This document shows positions 1 to 9,620 of a stretch of DNA of 63,323 bases, piece by piece. Position 1 is the stretch's first letter, and each line of letters opens with the position of its first letter. Below the pieces are notes generated by a model that was not told the DNA's origin, searched no databases, and saw nothing but the letters and a program-made list of their open reading frames with translations. A program made the translations under genes and the position numbers. The stretch comes from Candidatus Limnocylindrales bacterium (GTDB taxonomy: Bacteria; Chloroflexota; Limnocylindria; Limnocylindrales; CSP1-4), in NCBI GenBank assembly GCA_038327765.1, contig JBBQLI010000003.1, positions 1-63,323 of the forward strand, given 5' to 3'.

Positions 1-35
1 ACGTCGGATCTCGATGACTGGCCTACCCACGTCGG

Positions 36-764
36 TCAGCCGACTGGAACTCGGCCGGGCGCGAGACTCCCGTCCGGTGCTCGTTCGTCGCGCCACACGA
101 GGACTACCACGGCGAAGGCCCACAGCGTGACCAAGAGCGACGTGGCGAAGAACAAGGTCTCAGCAGCCTGGACCTCCCCGGTATTCGCGATCTGTAGCAG
201 GGCCACGACCGCCGAACCGACGCCCGAGGCGACCGCGACCCAGCCGAGCCACGCCGGGAACTGCCCGCTGGCGACAACGGCTCCGCCGAAGCAGGCGAAG
301 GCCACACCGAACAGGACCAGGATGGCCATGCTCCAGATCGCGAAACCGGCCACCTGAACGGCCCCTGCGAGTGCAAGCACAGTGGCCGCATCCGATGTCG
401 ACGCGGCGGCCCACTGGAGGGCAAGGGGCTTGAGCGCGAAGCCGTCGATCGAGGTGCTGACGCTGGCGAGGGCACCCCCGACCAGCGCGGCTGCGATCCC
501 GATGCGCGCGAGCGGCCCGCCGGGTCCGTCATCGAGCAGTCTGGCCAGACCGACGAGACCCCCGACCACGAGCAGGATCGCCACGAGGATCGTCAGGTGG
601 ATAGCCACCCAGGCCTCGTTTCCGGCTATCGCCTGGAGCTTCGAGGTCATGGACACCGCGACATGCGGATGGAGCGCGTTCCCGACGGCGCCGATCACGG
701 CGCCAGCCATGAGCAGGACGGCCGTGAGGCGCTGGGAGTTGCGCTGGACCGACGGCGACGACAT
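36..764 (-). CDS. Hypothetical polytopic membrane protein
   Basis: 242-aa ORF made almost entirely of Ala/Val/Leu/Gly-rich hydrophobic segments (LTAVLLMAGAVIGAVGNALHP, WVAIHLTILVAILLVVGGLVGLA). Strong G/C at codon position 3. Divergent from a MarR gene. No family recognised by eye. Confidence 0.6.
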   Translation of the reverse strand: MSSPSVQRNSQRLTAVLLMAGAVIGAVGNALHPHVAVSMTSKLQAIAGNEAWVAIHLTILVAILLVVGGLVGLARLLDDGPGGPLARIGIAAALVGGALASVSTSIDGFALKPLALQWAAASTSDAATVLALAGAVQVAGFAIWSMAILVLFGVAFACFGGAVVASGQFPAWLGWVAVASGVGSAVVALLQIANTGEVQAAETLFFATSLLVTLWAFAVVVLVWRDERAPDGSLAPGRVPVG

Positions 765-841
765 TCGACGATCTCCTCGACTTCATGCGTTCCAACTTCG
801 TTAGGTTACCGAAGCTTAGGCGACCTTACTATACTGTTTGC

Positions 842-1336
842 ATGAACACAAGCCAACAACGCCTCCCGGTCGGCCAGCTGCTGGGGTTGATGCTGCGTCG
901 CTTCCGGGCCGATCTCTTCGACTGGGGCCAGGAGGCCGGCTACGCGAACCTCCGGCATACCCACCTCCAGGTGTTCGGAAACATCGACTGGACGGGTACC
1001 CGCTTGACCGATCTGGCTGCGCGCGCCGGGATGACCCGGCCGTCGATGCTCGAGCTCGTTGATGAGCTCGTGAAGGCCGGCTATCTCGAGCGGCGCCCTG
1101 ACGAACGTGACGGTCGCGCAAAGCTGATCTGCCTGACCCGAGAAGGCCGGCGCGTCGTTGCGCAGGCGCTCCGGGCCGTGCGTGAGATCGAGCGGGTCTA
1201 TGCGGAGGAGGTCGGGGCGGCCCGCTTCGAGGAGGCGTGCATGACCCTTCAGCAACTGCTTCGGCTCCGATCGACCTCTTTGCCGGGCGATCCGGCGTCA
1301 TCGAGTCGGCACGTGGCCCACACCGAAGACCCCTGA
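842..1336 (+). CDS. MarR-family transcriptional regulator
   Basis: Winged-helix MarR pattern: TRLTDLAARAGMTRPSMLELVDELVKAGYLERRPDERDGRAKLICLTREGRRV. The ATG at 842 (MNTSQQRL) is preferred to the ORF-track start at 785 because it follows an unusually AT-rich stretch with a TATACT box. The start remains uncertain. Confidence 0.82.
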   Translation: MNTSQQRLPVGQLLGLMLRRFRADLFDWGQEAGYANLRHTHLQVFGNIDWTGTRLTDLAARAGMTRPSMLELVDELVKAGYLERRPDERDGRAKLICLTREGRRVVAQALRAVREIERVYAEEVGAARFEEACMTLQQLLRLRSTSLPGDPASSSRHVAHTEDP

Positions 1337-1492
1337 TATCGAGCGCAGAGCTGCCTCAAAGCGCAAGGATTCGCTCAGCCATCACTTCCGGCCGAGCTCG
1401 CGCCCGCTATCCCCATCGCACGCGAGACAGCGAAGTCGCGATACGGCCAGGAGCGGACTGATGAAGCGCATCGGTTTCCGCGACGTCGGCGC

Positions 1493-1532
1493 GCGGGAAG
1501 CCGGCGCGACAGTCGGCGCGCCGGCTTCCCGC
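1493..1532. terminator. Perfect 16-bp inverted repeat (hairpin) between convergent genes; candidate bidirectional terminator
   Basis: GCGGGAAGCCGGCGCG (1493-1508), an 8-nt loop, then CGCGCCGGCTTCCCGC (1517-1532). It lies between the MarR stop (1336) and the anti-sigma stop (1548). No U-tract is present, which is common in high-GC genomes. Confidence 0.45.
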
Positions 1533-1547
1533 AAGTCGCCAGGGCCG

Positions 1548-2585
1548 CTACGGCGAGGCGGTCACCTTGATCGATGCCACCATCTGATGGAGCGCCACCT
1601 GGTCTGCCGCGTGGCGGGTCGGGTTCGGAGCGACGCCACCCAACTCGTAGGGCGATGTCTCGGGGAAGTCCGTCGTCCGGATGACAAGGAGCGTCCCGTT
1701 GACATCGAGGATCCTGAATTGGACCTTGTACGCCGTCTTGTCCGTAGAGGCGGAGTAGGCGAGTGGGTAGGCATCGACGACCCCGGACTGCTTCGTCGTC
1801 CAGATAGTTGCACCCGGGCAATGGGCCAACGTGACGCTTGACGTCAGCTCGACCAGCTGACCGCTGTAGCCGCTGACCACGATCGGCGTGGGCGCCGCGA
1901 CCCTGAAACCGGGCCACGCACGCATGGCGTTCACGAGCCCGTCGACCGTCGATGTAGTCACAGGATCAAGGGTCCCCTTCTTTGGATCGCACGGATCCTT
2001 GGAGACGGCACCGACCGTCATGAACATCAGACCCCAGCCGGAGCCGGACGCGGCGTCCGGGCGGTCGACGAGCACGCCCTCGAAGTCGCTCGCCGGCTCC
2101 CATTGGGACCAACCAGCCGGCACCTCCAGCGTGATCTGGCCGGGCCAGACCGACGAACTCAAGCCGTACCTACCAGGCTTGAGACACTGCGCCGTATCGA
2201 GGGGGCAGGTCACCACGGGCGCGCTACTCAGGGAGGCCAGCGAGGGCGTTGGTGTGGGCTCGGGTGTAGGCGTCGGCGTCGGCGTCGGCGATGCCGTTGC
2301 CGGGACCGAGCCGACCACCGGACTGACGCGTCCGTTGTTGACGAATGCCGCGCCGACGACGACGGCAGCCACCACGACGGCAGCCACCAATCCCCATCGA
2401 GCGCGAGTCGAAGCTCGTGTGATCATGTCAAGCATCCTTTCCGTCGACCGGGCAGGACGAACCTGTCCGGTCCGAGGCAGGCTGGCATGGATCGCGTCGA
2501 TGACGCGATCGGGGAGCGGCGTCACTCCGTCGAACGATTCGAGGTAGTCCTCCAATCGACCGATGAAGTCGTCGTCCTTGTTCAT
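1548..2585 (-). CDS. Membrane-anchored putative anti-sigma factor with a Pro/Thr linker and an extracytoplasmic domain
   Basis: Its ATG overlaps the stop of the upstream ECF sigma gene (ATGA at 2582-2585). It has a short cytoplasmic N-terminus, one TM segment (WGLVAAVVVAAVVVGAAFV), a PTPTPTPTPEPTPTP linker and a ~230-aa C-terminal domain. There is no zinc-finger HxxxCxxC motif. Confidence 0.65.
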   Translation of the reverse strand: MNKDDDFIGRLEDYLESFDGVTPLPDRVIDAIHASLPRTGQVRPARSTERMLDMITRASTRARWGLVAAVVVAAVVVGAAFVNNGRVSPVVGSVPATASPTPTPTPTPEPTPTPSLASLSSAPVVTCPLDTAQCLKPGRYGLSSSVWPGQITLEVPAGWSQWEPASDFEGVLVDRPDAASGSGWGLMFMTVGAVSKDPCDPKKGTLDPVTTSTVDGLVNAMRAWPGFRVAAPTPIVVSGYSGQLVELTSSVTLAHCPGATIWTTKQSGVVDAYPLAYSASTDKTAYKVQFRILDVNGTLLVIRTTDFPETSPYELGGVAPNPTRHAADQVALHQMVASIKVTASP

Positions 2586-3130
2586 GCCGTGCCCGCGTTC
2601 CTTTCCAGACGCGCTTCGGCCTCGAAGGCCTCGCGCAGGTATTTCAGTGCGTAGTGCAGGCGGGAGCGGACCGTGCCGATGGGCGTCCCCATCGCGGCGG
2701 CCGCTTCCGCTGGAGAGAGTCCGACGTAGTGAACGAGGACGACCACGGTCCGGTGCTCGACGCCGAGCCGCCGGAAGGCCTGATCGAGCAGCTGGCGCGT
2801 CGACACGCCCGCCGTCGGATCCGAGTCACCCGGTGCATCGAATTCGAGCAGCCGGAGGTTGCCGCGATGACGTCGCTCACGGCGCGCTTCGGCGTGACAC
2901 GCATTCACGAGAAGCCGGTAGGCCCACGCTTCGAACCGGTCCGGGTCCTTGAGCCGGGGCAGGCCCTGCCATGCGTCGAGCAATGCCCGTTGCGTGGCGT
3001 CCTCGGCCAGGTACGGGTCGCGCAGGATCCGACGCGCGACCGAATGGAGGTGGTCGCCCACGCGTTCGACCAAGGCGTCGAACGCCGCCTCATCGCCGTG
3101 CATCGCTTGCTCGACGAGGATCCGCTCCAT
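2582..3130 (-). CDS. ECF (sigma-70 family group 4) RNA polymerase sigma factor
   Basis: Region 2 pattern: DEAAFDALVERVGDHLHSVARRILRDPYLAEDATQRALLDAWQGLPRLKDPDRFEAWAYRLLVNAC. Region 4 HTH: VVVLVHYVGLSPAEAAAAMGTPIGTVRSRLHYALKYLR. Confidence 0.9.
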   Translation of the reverse strand: MERILVEQAMHGDEAAFDALVERVGDHLHSVARRILRDPYLAEDATQRALLDAWQGLPRLKDPDRFEAWAYRLLVNACHAEARRERRHRGNLRLLEFDAPGDSDPTAGVSTRQLLDQAFRRLGVEHRTVVVLVHYVGLSPAEAAAAMGTPIGTVRSRLHYALKYLREAFEAEARLERNAGTA

Positions 3131-3572
3131 CTCTCACCCCTGGCCCGACCTGTCCGTTTGGCCGGTTCGCCGAGTATGAGTCGGCGTTCATCGGAATCAT
3201 TCAATCTGCGATCACCGAGATCGGCGCGTTCGGGCTCCGGTGAGAGGGCGAGCGACCGTCTCGCCAGTGGGTCCTCCGAGAGGTTCGCCTCGATGATCAC
3301 CGGCCCACGTGCCTCAAGCGGCACGAATCCTGGGGCGGTCGCCTCGGCATGGTGAAGCTCGTCCTCCGGCGGACCCGCTGATGGTCCGGCTCCTAATGCA
3401 TTCGGCCGTCTGGCTTGATCGACAGGCCCTTGGTGCATCGCTGCGCCACATCAAGGCGGCGGCACCCTTTGCATCGCCCGGAGGGCGTCGTATCGTCCAC
3501 GGTATCGCGATGGTTCCAGTCGGGCCGCCATGGGGTTCCCCGAGCCCGGCGCACACGGTGGAGGCACGGACG

Positions 3573-4418
3573 ATGCATGCTCCAATCCGCCCGCGCAGCT
3601 CGCGCACGGCCCTCGCCGCACTCCTGGCGGCGGTCGCCCTGCTCGTCGCGACCGTGGGTCCGGCGGCAGCGCTCCCACCCGGCCCGCCCGTCGTCCCGGC
3701 GCTGACAGGGTTCGTCACCGACGCCTGCACCGGGCGGCCGATCCTCAGCGGCCTCGACGTGTCGGTCGTTGGTCCCGACGGCGGGATCCTGAAGCCGCCC
3801 AACCCGAACCGGCGTGGCCTGTTCAGCTTCCCGTCACTCGCGCCCGGTGCCTACCAGCTCCTCGTGTCCGCCCCCGGTTACGGCGCCCTCGGCGGCGACC
3901 CTGTCACCGGCGGCTCGCCCGGGGTCATGGTCACCCAGCCACCCGGCCCGCCCACCCTGCCGGCTGGCCAGAGTCTCTCGATCGGTCTGGTCCTCCGCAT
4001 CGGGCTGGCCCCGCTGGTCACCCCTGGCACCTGCAAGCCGCCCAACCCGAACCTGCCGTCCTTCGCCGGGCGGGGCGTCGACGCCGCTACCGGGCGCGGC
4101 CTGGCCGGGCTTGTCGTCGAGATGGCCCCCCTCGTCATCGACCCGACGACCGGAGCGCTACCCCCAGGTCCGCCGATCCTGCCGGCCTTCAGTCCGCTGT
4201 TCGGGTTCTTCGTCTTTCCGGACCTGGCGCCAGGCGACTACCTGTTCAGCGCATCGTCGCTCCGCCACACCAGCCTCGGTGCCGACCCGACCAAGCCACC
4301 AAACCCGAACGGCCCCGGGATCCTGGTGACCCTGCCCCCAGGTCCGCCGACCCTGCCGGCCGGCCAGAGCGTCAACGAAGGGCTGGTCATCTCCGTCTCC
4401 CTGCCCGCGGTGCAGTAG
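3573..4418 (+). CDS. Secreted repeat protein with carboxypeptidase-regulatory-like beta-sandwich repeats
   Basis: The ATG at 3573 lies 8 nt after GGAGG (3560-3564). Signal peptide: MHAPIRPRSSRTALAALLAAVALLVATVGPAAA. Internal repeats: KPPNPN three times, PPGPPTLPAGQS twice, and G(F/R)V(T/D)DA(C/A)TGR-type strands. Confidence 0.72.
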   Translation: MHAPIRPRSSRTALAALLAAVALLVATVGPAAALPPGPPVVPALTGFVTDACTGRPILSGLDVSVVGPDGGILKPPNPNRRGLFSFPSLAPGAYQLLVSAPGYGALGGDPVTGGSPGVMVTQPPGPPTLPAGQSLSIGLVLRIGLAPLVTPGTCKPPNPNLPSFAGRGVDAATGRGLAGLVVEMAPLVIDPTTGALPPGPPILPAFSPLFGFFVFPDLAPGDYLFSASSLRHTSLGADPTKPPNPNGPGILVTLPPGPPTLPAGQSVNEGLVISVSLPAVQ

Positions 4419-4764
4419 AGGGCCGGCGGGGATGGCAGGATCGGCGAACGCCAGCCAGGCCGGGACTGTCACGCTGGCCATTCCTGCCCGGCCTGCTCGG
4501 TGGATGGGTCGTGGATGGCTACCCCTCCCACGCCGACTGATCTGTCGAACCGGAGCGGGGCAGGTCTCATCCCCTCAACGGTGAGTGCCGTCCTCCTCGA
4601 GGCGGGGACACGCGAGGCTCATCCTCGACGCCCTCACGATTGACTCTCGCAAAGTGCCAGCGTAGGCTGCCGCCAATCGGTGAGGTCAACGACGGCGGCG
4701 GCGGAGCGCCGAGCCAGGACCATCGACATGACCTGGACCTGCTCCTCGAAGGAGAGGGCTGCAC

Positions 4765-7700
4765 ATGTGGGTCTGGGGGCGGTTCCCGGTCGGCGTGGCG
4801 TCTATCGTCGTCATCGTCGCCCTGCTTCTCGCCGCCTGCAGCCCGACTCCCGCCCCCACACCTAGCCCAAGCCGTGGCCCGAGCACCCCGCCAGCCTCGC
4901 CCTCGCCCTCGCCGTCGGCCTCGACCCCAGCCCCGGCTTCGGGAGATCTGGCCCTCGAGGCCTGCGATGTCACCGGCTACGTTCCCTGCGAGCACCAGGC
5001 AGTCCGGCTTTCCCTGCCGATCGCCGGTACTGGTGCGGCCCTGACCTATTCGAGCGAATGGGCCGCCGGTCGCAAGGATCGCCAGGGCTGGGATGCCTCG
5101 GCCATCGGTCTTGGGGGCTGGTCGCTGGATATCCTGCAGCGATACGATCCGAAGGCCGGGGTGCTGCTCTCCGGCGACGGGTCGTGGCGGTTCGCGAAGG
5201 GCGTGACCCTGCCCTCGGGCGAGCACGCGGTGCCGACCTACGACGGCCTGATGGCCTACGTGTTCGACTCGAATGGGCGCCACGTGCGCACCGTCGATGC
5301 ACTCCTTGGTGTGACCCTGATCACGTTCTCCTACGACGCGGCCGGCCGGCTCTCCGGGGCAGACGGGACGCTGGCGAGCGCGCCGATCCACCTCGTCGTC
5401 GAGCGCGAGGCTGACGGGACGCTCGCCGGCCTCGTCGGGCTCGACGGGGCCCGGACGTCGCTCTTCCTCGGCAGCGACGGCCTTCTCGGCGGGATCCAGG
5501 ATCCGGCGGGCCGCACTACCGTCCTCGAATACGGGTCCGGCGGCCTTGTCACCAACTACGACGACGCGACAGGAGGTGTGACGGCGTACGGGTATGACGA
5601 CGCCGGTCGTCTGGTCTCCGCGAAGGACCCCGACGGCGTCACGGTGACGACGACCCGCACCACGACCGCCGATATGACCGAGGTCAAGTCGACCACGACC
5701 CTCGGCCGCTCGGTCGCCTACCGTGCGGAGCGAACGGGCGCCGGAGTGATCCGATCCTATGTGGCGCCCGATGGAACCCGGACGACCGTGTCCTCCGATC
5801 CATCTGGGCGGTACGCGGTCGCGCTTCCCGATGGGACGACGATCGCGCTAGGTTCGCAGGCCGACCCGCGCTGGGGGATGGACGCTCCGATCGCGACGCC
5901 GGTGGACCAGACGCGGCCGGATGGCGTCGTCCGGCACACGACCACCGCCATCACTGCGACGACCTCGGCCACCGACCCGCTCGCCGTCAGCGCCTGGTCC
6001 CGTACCGACATCATCGCTGGCGGGACATGGAACCAGATGGTGGACCCCGCCACGCGAACGATCACGTGGGCCGACCCTGCCAGCCGGAAGACCACCCAGA
6101 CGTACGACGCGTCCGGTCGGATGGTCTCGCAGACCAGGCCGGGACAGCCCAGCCTTGCGTTCGTCTACGACGGACACGGCCGGCTTGCCACGAGAACCTT
6201 GGGGAGCGGCGCTGCCACCGCCACGACCACCTTCACCTACGGAACAGACGGCACCCTGACCATCACGGGTCCCGACCAGCTCGTCCAGCATCTGACGGCC
6301 GACTCCGTCGGACAGATCGTCCGCCGGACAGCTGCGGACGGCTCGACGGTCCTGTCCGCGTATGACGGGCTTGGGCGGCTCGTGCGCGTGGCACCCGCTG
6401 GCCAGCCATCCACCACCATCGGCTATAGCGCCGCCGGACGGCAGACCGGGTTCCTGCCTCCGACCATCGGCGCCGATGGCTCCTACGAGGTGCGAACGTA
6501 CGACACGGACGGGAGGTTGGCGGCCATCGCGGGACCTGGTCAGCGCTCGATCGCGTATACGCGCGACGCGGCTGGCCGCATCACCGGCTGGACCTTCGAC
6601 CAGGGCACGGCCACGGCCGTCTACGATCCGACCACAGGACTTGTCGTGAAGACCGCTGCGCCTGGTGGGATCGACACGCTGGTCTCGTACGTGGGCGGGA
6701 TCCGGGTCGGTCGCAACGTGTCCGGCCCGGTCGTCGGCGCGGTGGCCGTGAGCCTCGACCCGTTCGGCCGGATGGCCGGCGTGTCGGTCGATGGGGCGCC
6801 GCCGATCGGCTACACGTACGACACGGTCGGCTACCTCACGAGCGTGGGGGACGTCTCCCTGCAACGCGACCCGGCGAGCGGTCAAGTCGCGGGAGCATCC
6901 CTTGGCACTGGGCGGACCACACGCGAGTACGACGCCCAGGGGCGACCGACGCACATCGTCACAGCCGCGAACGGTTCGTCGGCCATGCTCGACGCTCGCT
7001 ATGCGTACGACCTGCGCGGGCGCGTCACGAGCGTGACCGAGGTGCGCGGCGGCGGCAAACCGACGAACACGACCTACGCATACGACGATGCGGGGCGTCT
7101 GGCCGAGGTCTCCGTGAACGGGATCTCTGTCGAGCGCGACGGCTACGACGCGGCCGGTAACCGCGTTTCCGTGAAGACCTCCTCCGGTACGCTCAAGGCC
7201 ACGTACGACGACCGCGACCGGTTGCTCTCCTGGGGGGCGGCCAGGTACGTCTCTCGGCCGGACGGGCAGCTCGCGAGCGTGGCCGCCGGGGACGCCAACA
7301 CCCGCTTCACGTTCGACGACTTCGGAGTCCTGCGAGCGGTAGCCCTCCCGGACGGGCGGCGGATCGAGTACTTCGTTGACGCGGGGGGCGCGCGGATCGG
7401 GAAGAGGATCGACGGCACGCTCGTGGCGGGCTATCTCTACCGGCCCGACGGTGCCCTTGCGGCGCAGACCGACGGCAGCGGCGCCGTGGTCGCGCGCTTC
7501 GGCTATGACGATGCCGGGCGGCTCACGCTCGTCGAGCGCGGGGGCACGCGCTACCAGGTGGTCACCGATCGCCTCAGCAGTCCGCTCCTCGTCATCGACG
7601 CGGGTACTGGCGCCGTGGCTGAGGCCATCACCTACGATGCTTGGGGCCAAGTCACCTCCGATACGAACCCGGGCTTCATCCCGATCGGTTTCGCCGGCGG

Positions 7701-9576
7701 GCTGCGCGATGCGGATACGGGTCTGGTCAGGTTCGGGGCGCGCGAATACGACCCGCGAACCGGCCGCTGGACCGGGCCCGACCCGATTCAGTACGCCGGC
7801 GCAGACTCGGTCCTCTACCGATACGTGGCGAATGATCCGGTCAACGGGACTGACCCGACGGGTCTCGCCTCATACGCGCACCAGCCGCCGGAATTCACGC
7901 CACCTCCGAGGGACGGAGGTCGATCGCATTTTCCGAGGTTGGGTAGCAAGGATCCCGAGGGCTCGAACCCGACACCGACCGGCGGCGAATGCTCGAACGA
8001 CGGCTCCGGCTGCAACCGCGGCGCTCATGCGCAGCCGCCGGATGATCCCGGCCCTGGGACCGGCCCCGGCCTCCCGCCACCGCCACGTGGCAGTGCACCC
8101 TTCACGTGCTTCGGGGTATGCAAGATGCCGGACGGCACAACCTGCTACGGGTACTGCCACAGCGGCGAACCACACGAACGGTCCGGTGACGGCGTCCCAT
8201 TCGAGTTCCAGGCGGCCGGCGAGTTCCAGATGGTCGCCTCGCCAGACCGGAGTGTCGTCATCCAGGCCCGCCTGGAACCGTACGGCACCTCGAACCGCGT
8301 GACGCTTGGCACCGCGGTCGCGGCTTCGGTGGCCGGCGATCGCGTGGCGGTCTATGCGAGCGACAAGGTGCCGCTTGCGATCGCGGGCAAGCCGGATACC
8401 CGACCCGATCTCTCGGTGCGCCTGCCGCATGGTGGGATCGTGGAGCGCCATGGCCCGGTCGTCACGATCTCATGGCCCGGCGGCAGCCAGCTCACCGTCT
8501 CGCGTGCCGGAAGCCACCTTGACTTCTCATTCGACCCGGATGCAGCAACAGCGCCGACACTCCGCGGCCTGCTCGGCAGTGCTGACGGCAACCCGACGAA
8601 CGATTTCACGACACGTGACGGCACCGTGATCGCCCACGACGATCCGGCGTTCGCCACGAAGGTCTATGACCTGTTCGGGGCAAGCTGGCGGATCACGCAG
8701 TCCGAGTCGCTCTTCGACTACGGGCCGGGCCAGAGCACGGCCACGTACACCAAGCCGGCGATCCCCACGGCACCGGCGACGATCGATGCGCTCGATACGA
8801 CGGCGCGCGGCAACGCGGAGACGCTCTGCCGCGCGATGGGCGTGAGCCTCGAACCCGTCCTGACCGACTGCATCCTTGATGTGGGGCTCACGGGCGACTC
8901 GTCATATGCGGCGTCCGCCGCCGCGGTCCAGGTGTCCACCACACGGGCCGCCGCCGAGCCCCCGGGCGCGGCAGCCGGGGCGTCCACGTTCGACCAGAAG
9001 GTCAGCGGCACGATCACGAAGCCTTCGCAGGTCGACAAGACGACCTTCACCGCGAAGGCCGGCGATGTGGTCTACCTCCGCGCCCAGGGAGTCTGCGTGC
9101 CGGGTCTGCAGTGGCAGCTCGTCGCTCCGTCCGGCACCCACCTCGGCCTCGACTACCTCTGCCGCGACCTGGGCCGCTTCGTGCTCCCGGACGCGGGCAC
9201 GTACACGGTCGAGGTCAACTGGGACCAGACGACGACCGGAGGGTATGCGTTCGAGATCATCGGTGCGCCCGTCGAGCGCATCGCGGCCTACAGGGTCGGC
9301 CAGACCATCAGCGATACGACGACCCGGATCGGCGAGTGGCACCGCTACACGTTCACGGCAAAGGCCGGCGATGTCGTGGTCCTCGACGGCCTGGGCGCCT
9401 GCGTCGACGGGCTGCTGTGGCGGCTCGTCGGCCCAGCTGGCAACATCATCCTGGGCCACTCGTGCGACGACCTGGGCCGGGTCGTGCTCCCCGACGGGGG
9501 CACCTACGGGGTCGAGGTCTATTCCGACGGCACCGCTACAGGGGCCTACGCATTCCAGGTCCGCGCCGGCCCGTGA
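4765..9576 (+). CDS. Lipoprotein-anchored RHS/YD-repeat protein with a vWD-like plus 2x PPC-like C-terminal region
   Basis: Lipobox VALLLAAC followed by a Pro/Thr/Ser linker. There are dozens of YD repeats (YDAAGRL, YDDAGRLV, YDASGRM, YDGHGRL, YDTDGRL and others). RHS core: RFGAREYDPRTGRWTGPDPIQY...NDPVNGTDPTGL, ending at aa 1034 (nt 7866). This is followed by 569 aa containing GEPH (aa 1134-1137, vWD GDPH-like) and two ~70-aa repeats (TFTAKAGDVV...GGYAFEI / GAYAFQV). Confidence 0.9.
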   Translation: MWVWGRFPVGVASIVVIVALLLAACSPTPAPTPSPSRGPSTPPASPSPSPSASTPAPASGDLALEACDVTGYVPCEHQAVRLSLPIAGTGAALTYSSEWAAGRKDRQGWDASAIGLGGWSLDILQRYDPKAGVLLSGDGSWRFAKGVTLPSGEHAVPTYDGLMAYVFDSNGRHVRTVDALLGVTLITFSYDAAGRLSGADGTLASAPIHLVVEREADGTLAGLVGLDGARTSLFLGSDGLLGGIQDPAGRTTVLEYGSGGLVTNYDDATGGVTAYGYDDAGRLVSAKDPDGVTVTTTRTTTADMTEVKSTTTLGRSVAYRAERTGAGVIRSYVAPDGTRTTVSSDPSGRYAVALPDGTTIALGSQADPRWGMDAPIATPVDQTRPDGVVRHTTTAITATTSATDPLAVSAWSRTDIIAGGTWNQMVDPATRTITWADPASRKTTQTYDASGRMVSQTRPGQPSLAFVYDGHGRLATRTLGSGAATATTTFTYGTDGTLTITGPDQLVQHLTADSVGQIVRRTAADGSTVLSAYDGLGRLVRVAPAGQPSTTIGYSAAGRQTGFLPPTIGADGSYEVRTYDTDGRLAAIAGPGQRSIAYTRDAAGRITGWTFDQGTATAVYDPTTGLVVKTAAPGGIDTLVSYVGGIRVGRNVSGPVVGAVAVSLDPFGRMAGVSVDGAPPIGYTYDTVGYLTSVGDVSLQRDPASGQVAGASLGTGRTTREYDAQGRPTHIVTAANGSSAMLDARYAYDLRGRVTSVTEVRGGGKPTNTTYAYDDAGRLAEVSVNGISVERDGYDAAGNRVSVKTSSGTLKATYDDRDRLLSWGAARYVSRPDGQLASVAAGDANTRFTFDDFGVLRAVALPDGRRIEYFVDAGGARIGKRIDGTLVAGYLYRPDGALAAQTDGSGAVVARFGYDDAGRLTLVERGGTRYQVVTDRLSSPLLVIDAGTGAVAEAITYDAWGQVTSDTNPGFIPIGFAGGLRDADTGLVRFGAREYDPRTGRWTGPDPIQYAGADSVLYRYVANDPVNGTDPTGLASYAHQPPEFTPPPRDGGRSHFPRLGSKDPEGSNPTPTGGECSNDGSGCNRGAHAQPPDDPGPGTGPGLPPPPRGSAPFTCFGVCKMPDGTTCYGYCHSGEPHERSGDGVPFEFQAAGEFQMVASPDRSVVIQARLEPYGTSNRVTLGTAVAASVAGDRVAVYASDKVPLAIAGKPDTRPDLSVRLPHGGIVERHGPVVTISWPGGSQLTVSRAGSHLDFSFDPDAATAPTLRGLLGSADGNPTNDFTTRDGTVIAHDDPAFATKVYDLFGASWRITQSESLFDYGPGQSTATYTKPAIPTAPATIDALDTTARGNAETLCRAMGVSLEPVLTDCILDVGLTGDSSYAASAAAVQVSTTRAAAEPPGAAAGASTFDQKVSGTITKPSQVDKTTFTAKAGDVVYLRAQGVCVPGLQWQLVAPSGTHLGLDYLCRDLGRFVLPDAGTYTVEVNWDQTTTGGYAFEIIGAPVERIAAYRVGQTISDTTTRIGEWHRYTFTAKAGDVVVLDGLGACVDGLLWRLVGPAGNIILGHSCDDLGRVVLPDGGTYGVEVYSDGTATGAYAFQVRAGP

Positions 9577-9620
9577 GCTGACCGACCGAGCGCGACGGCC
9601 GTTGCCGAGAAGGACCGGGA

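Noticed and set aside
3131-3572. ECF-type promoter (GGAAC-N16/17-CGT) for autoregulation of the sigma gene or for the divergent secreted-protein gene
   Set aside because: Only weak partial matches are present (for example CGAAC...TCG). Nothing can be called without a group-specific promoter model.
5848-7650. 600-aa ORF on the minus strand inside the RHS gene. Similar long antisense or out-of-frame ORFs occur at 24589-26610, 26558-28510, 58972-60831, 38004-39194 and 46591-47892.
   Set aside because: They are Arg/Pro/Gly/Asp-rich with no recognisable motifs. Each lies opposite to, or out of frame with, a gene that has clear family signatures. Stop-free shadow frames are expected at this GC content.
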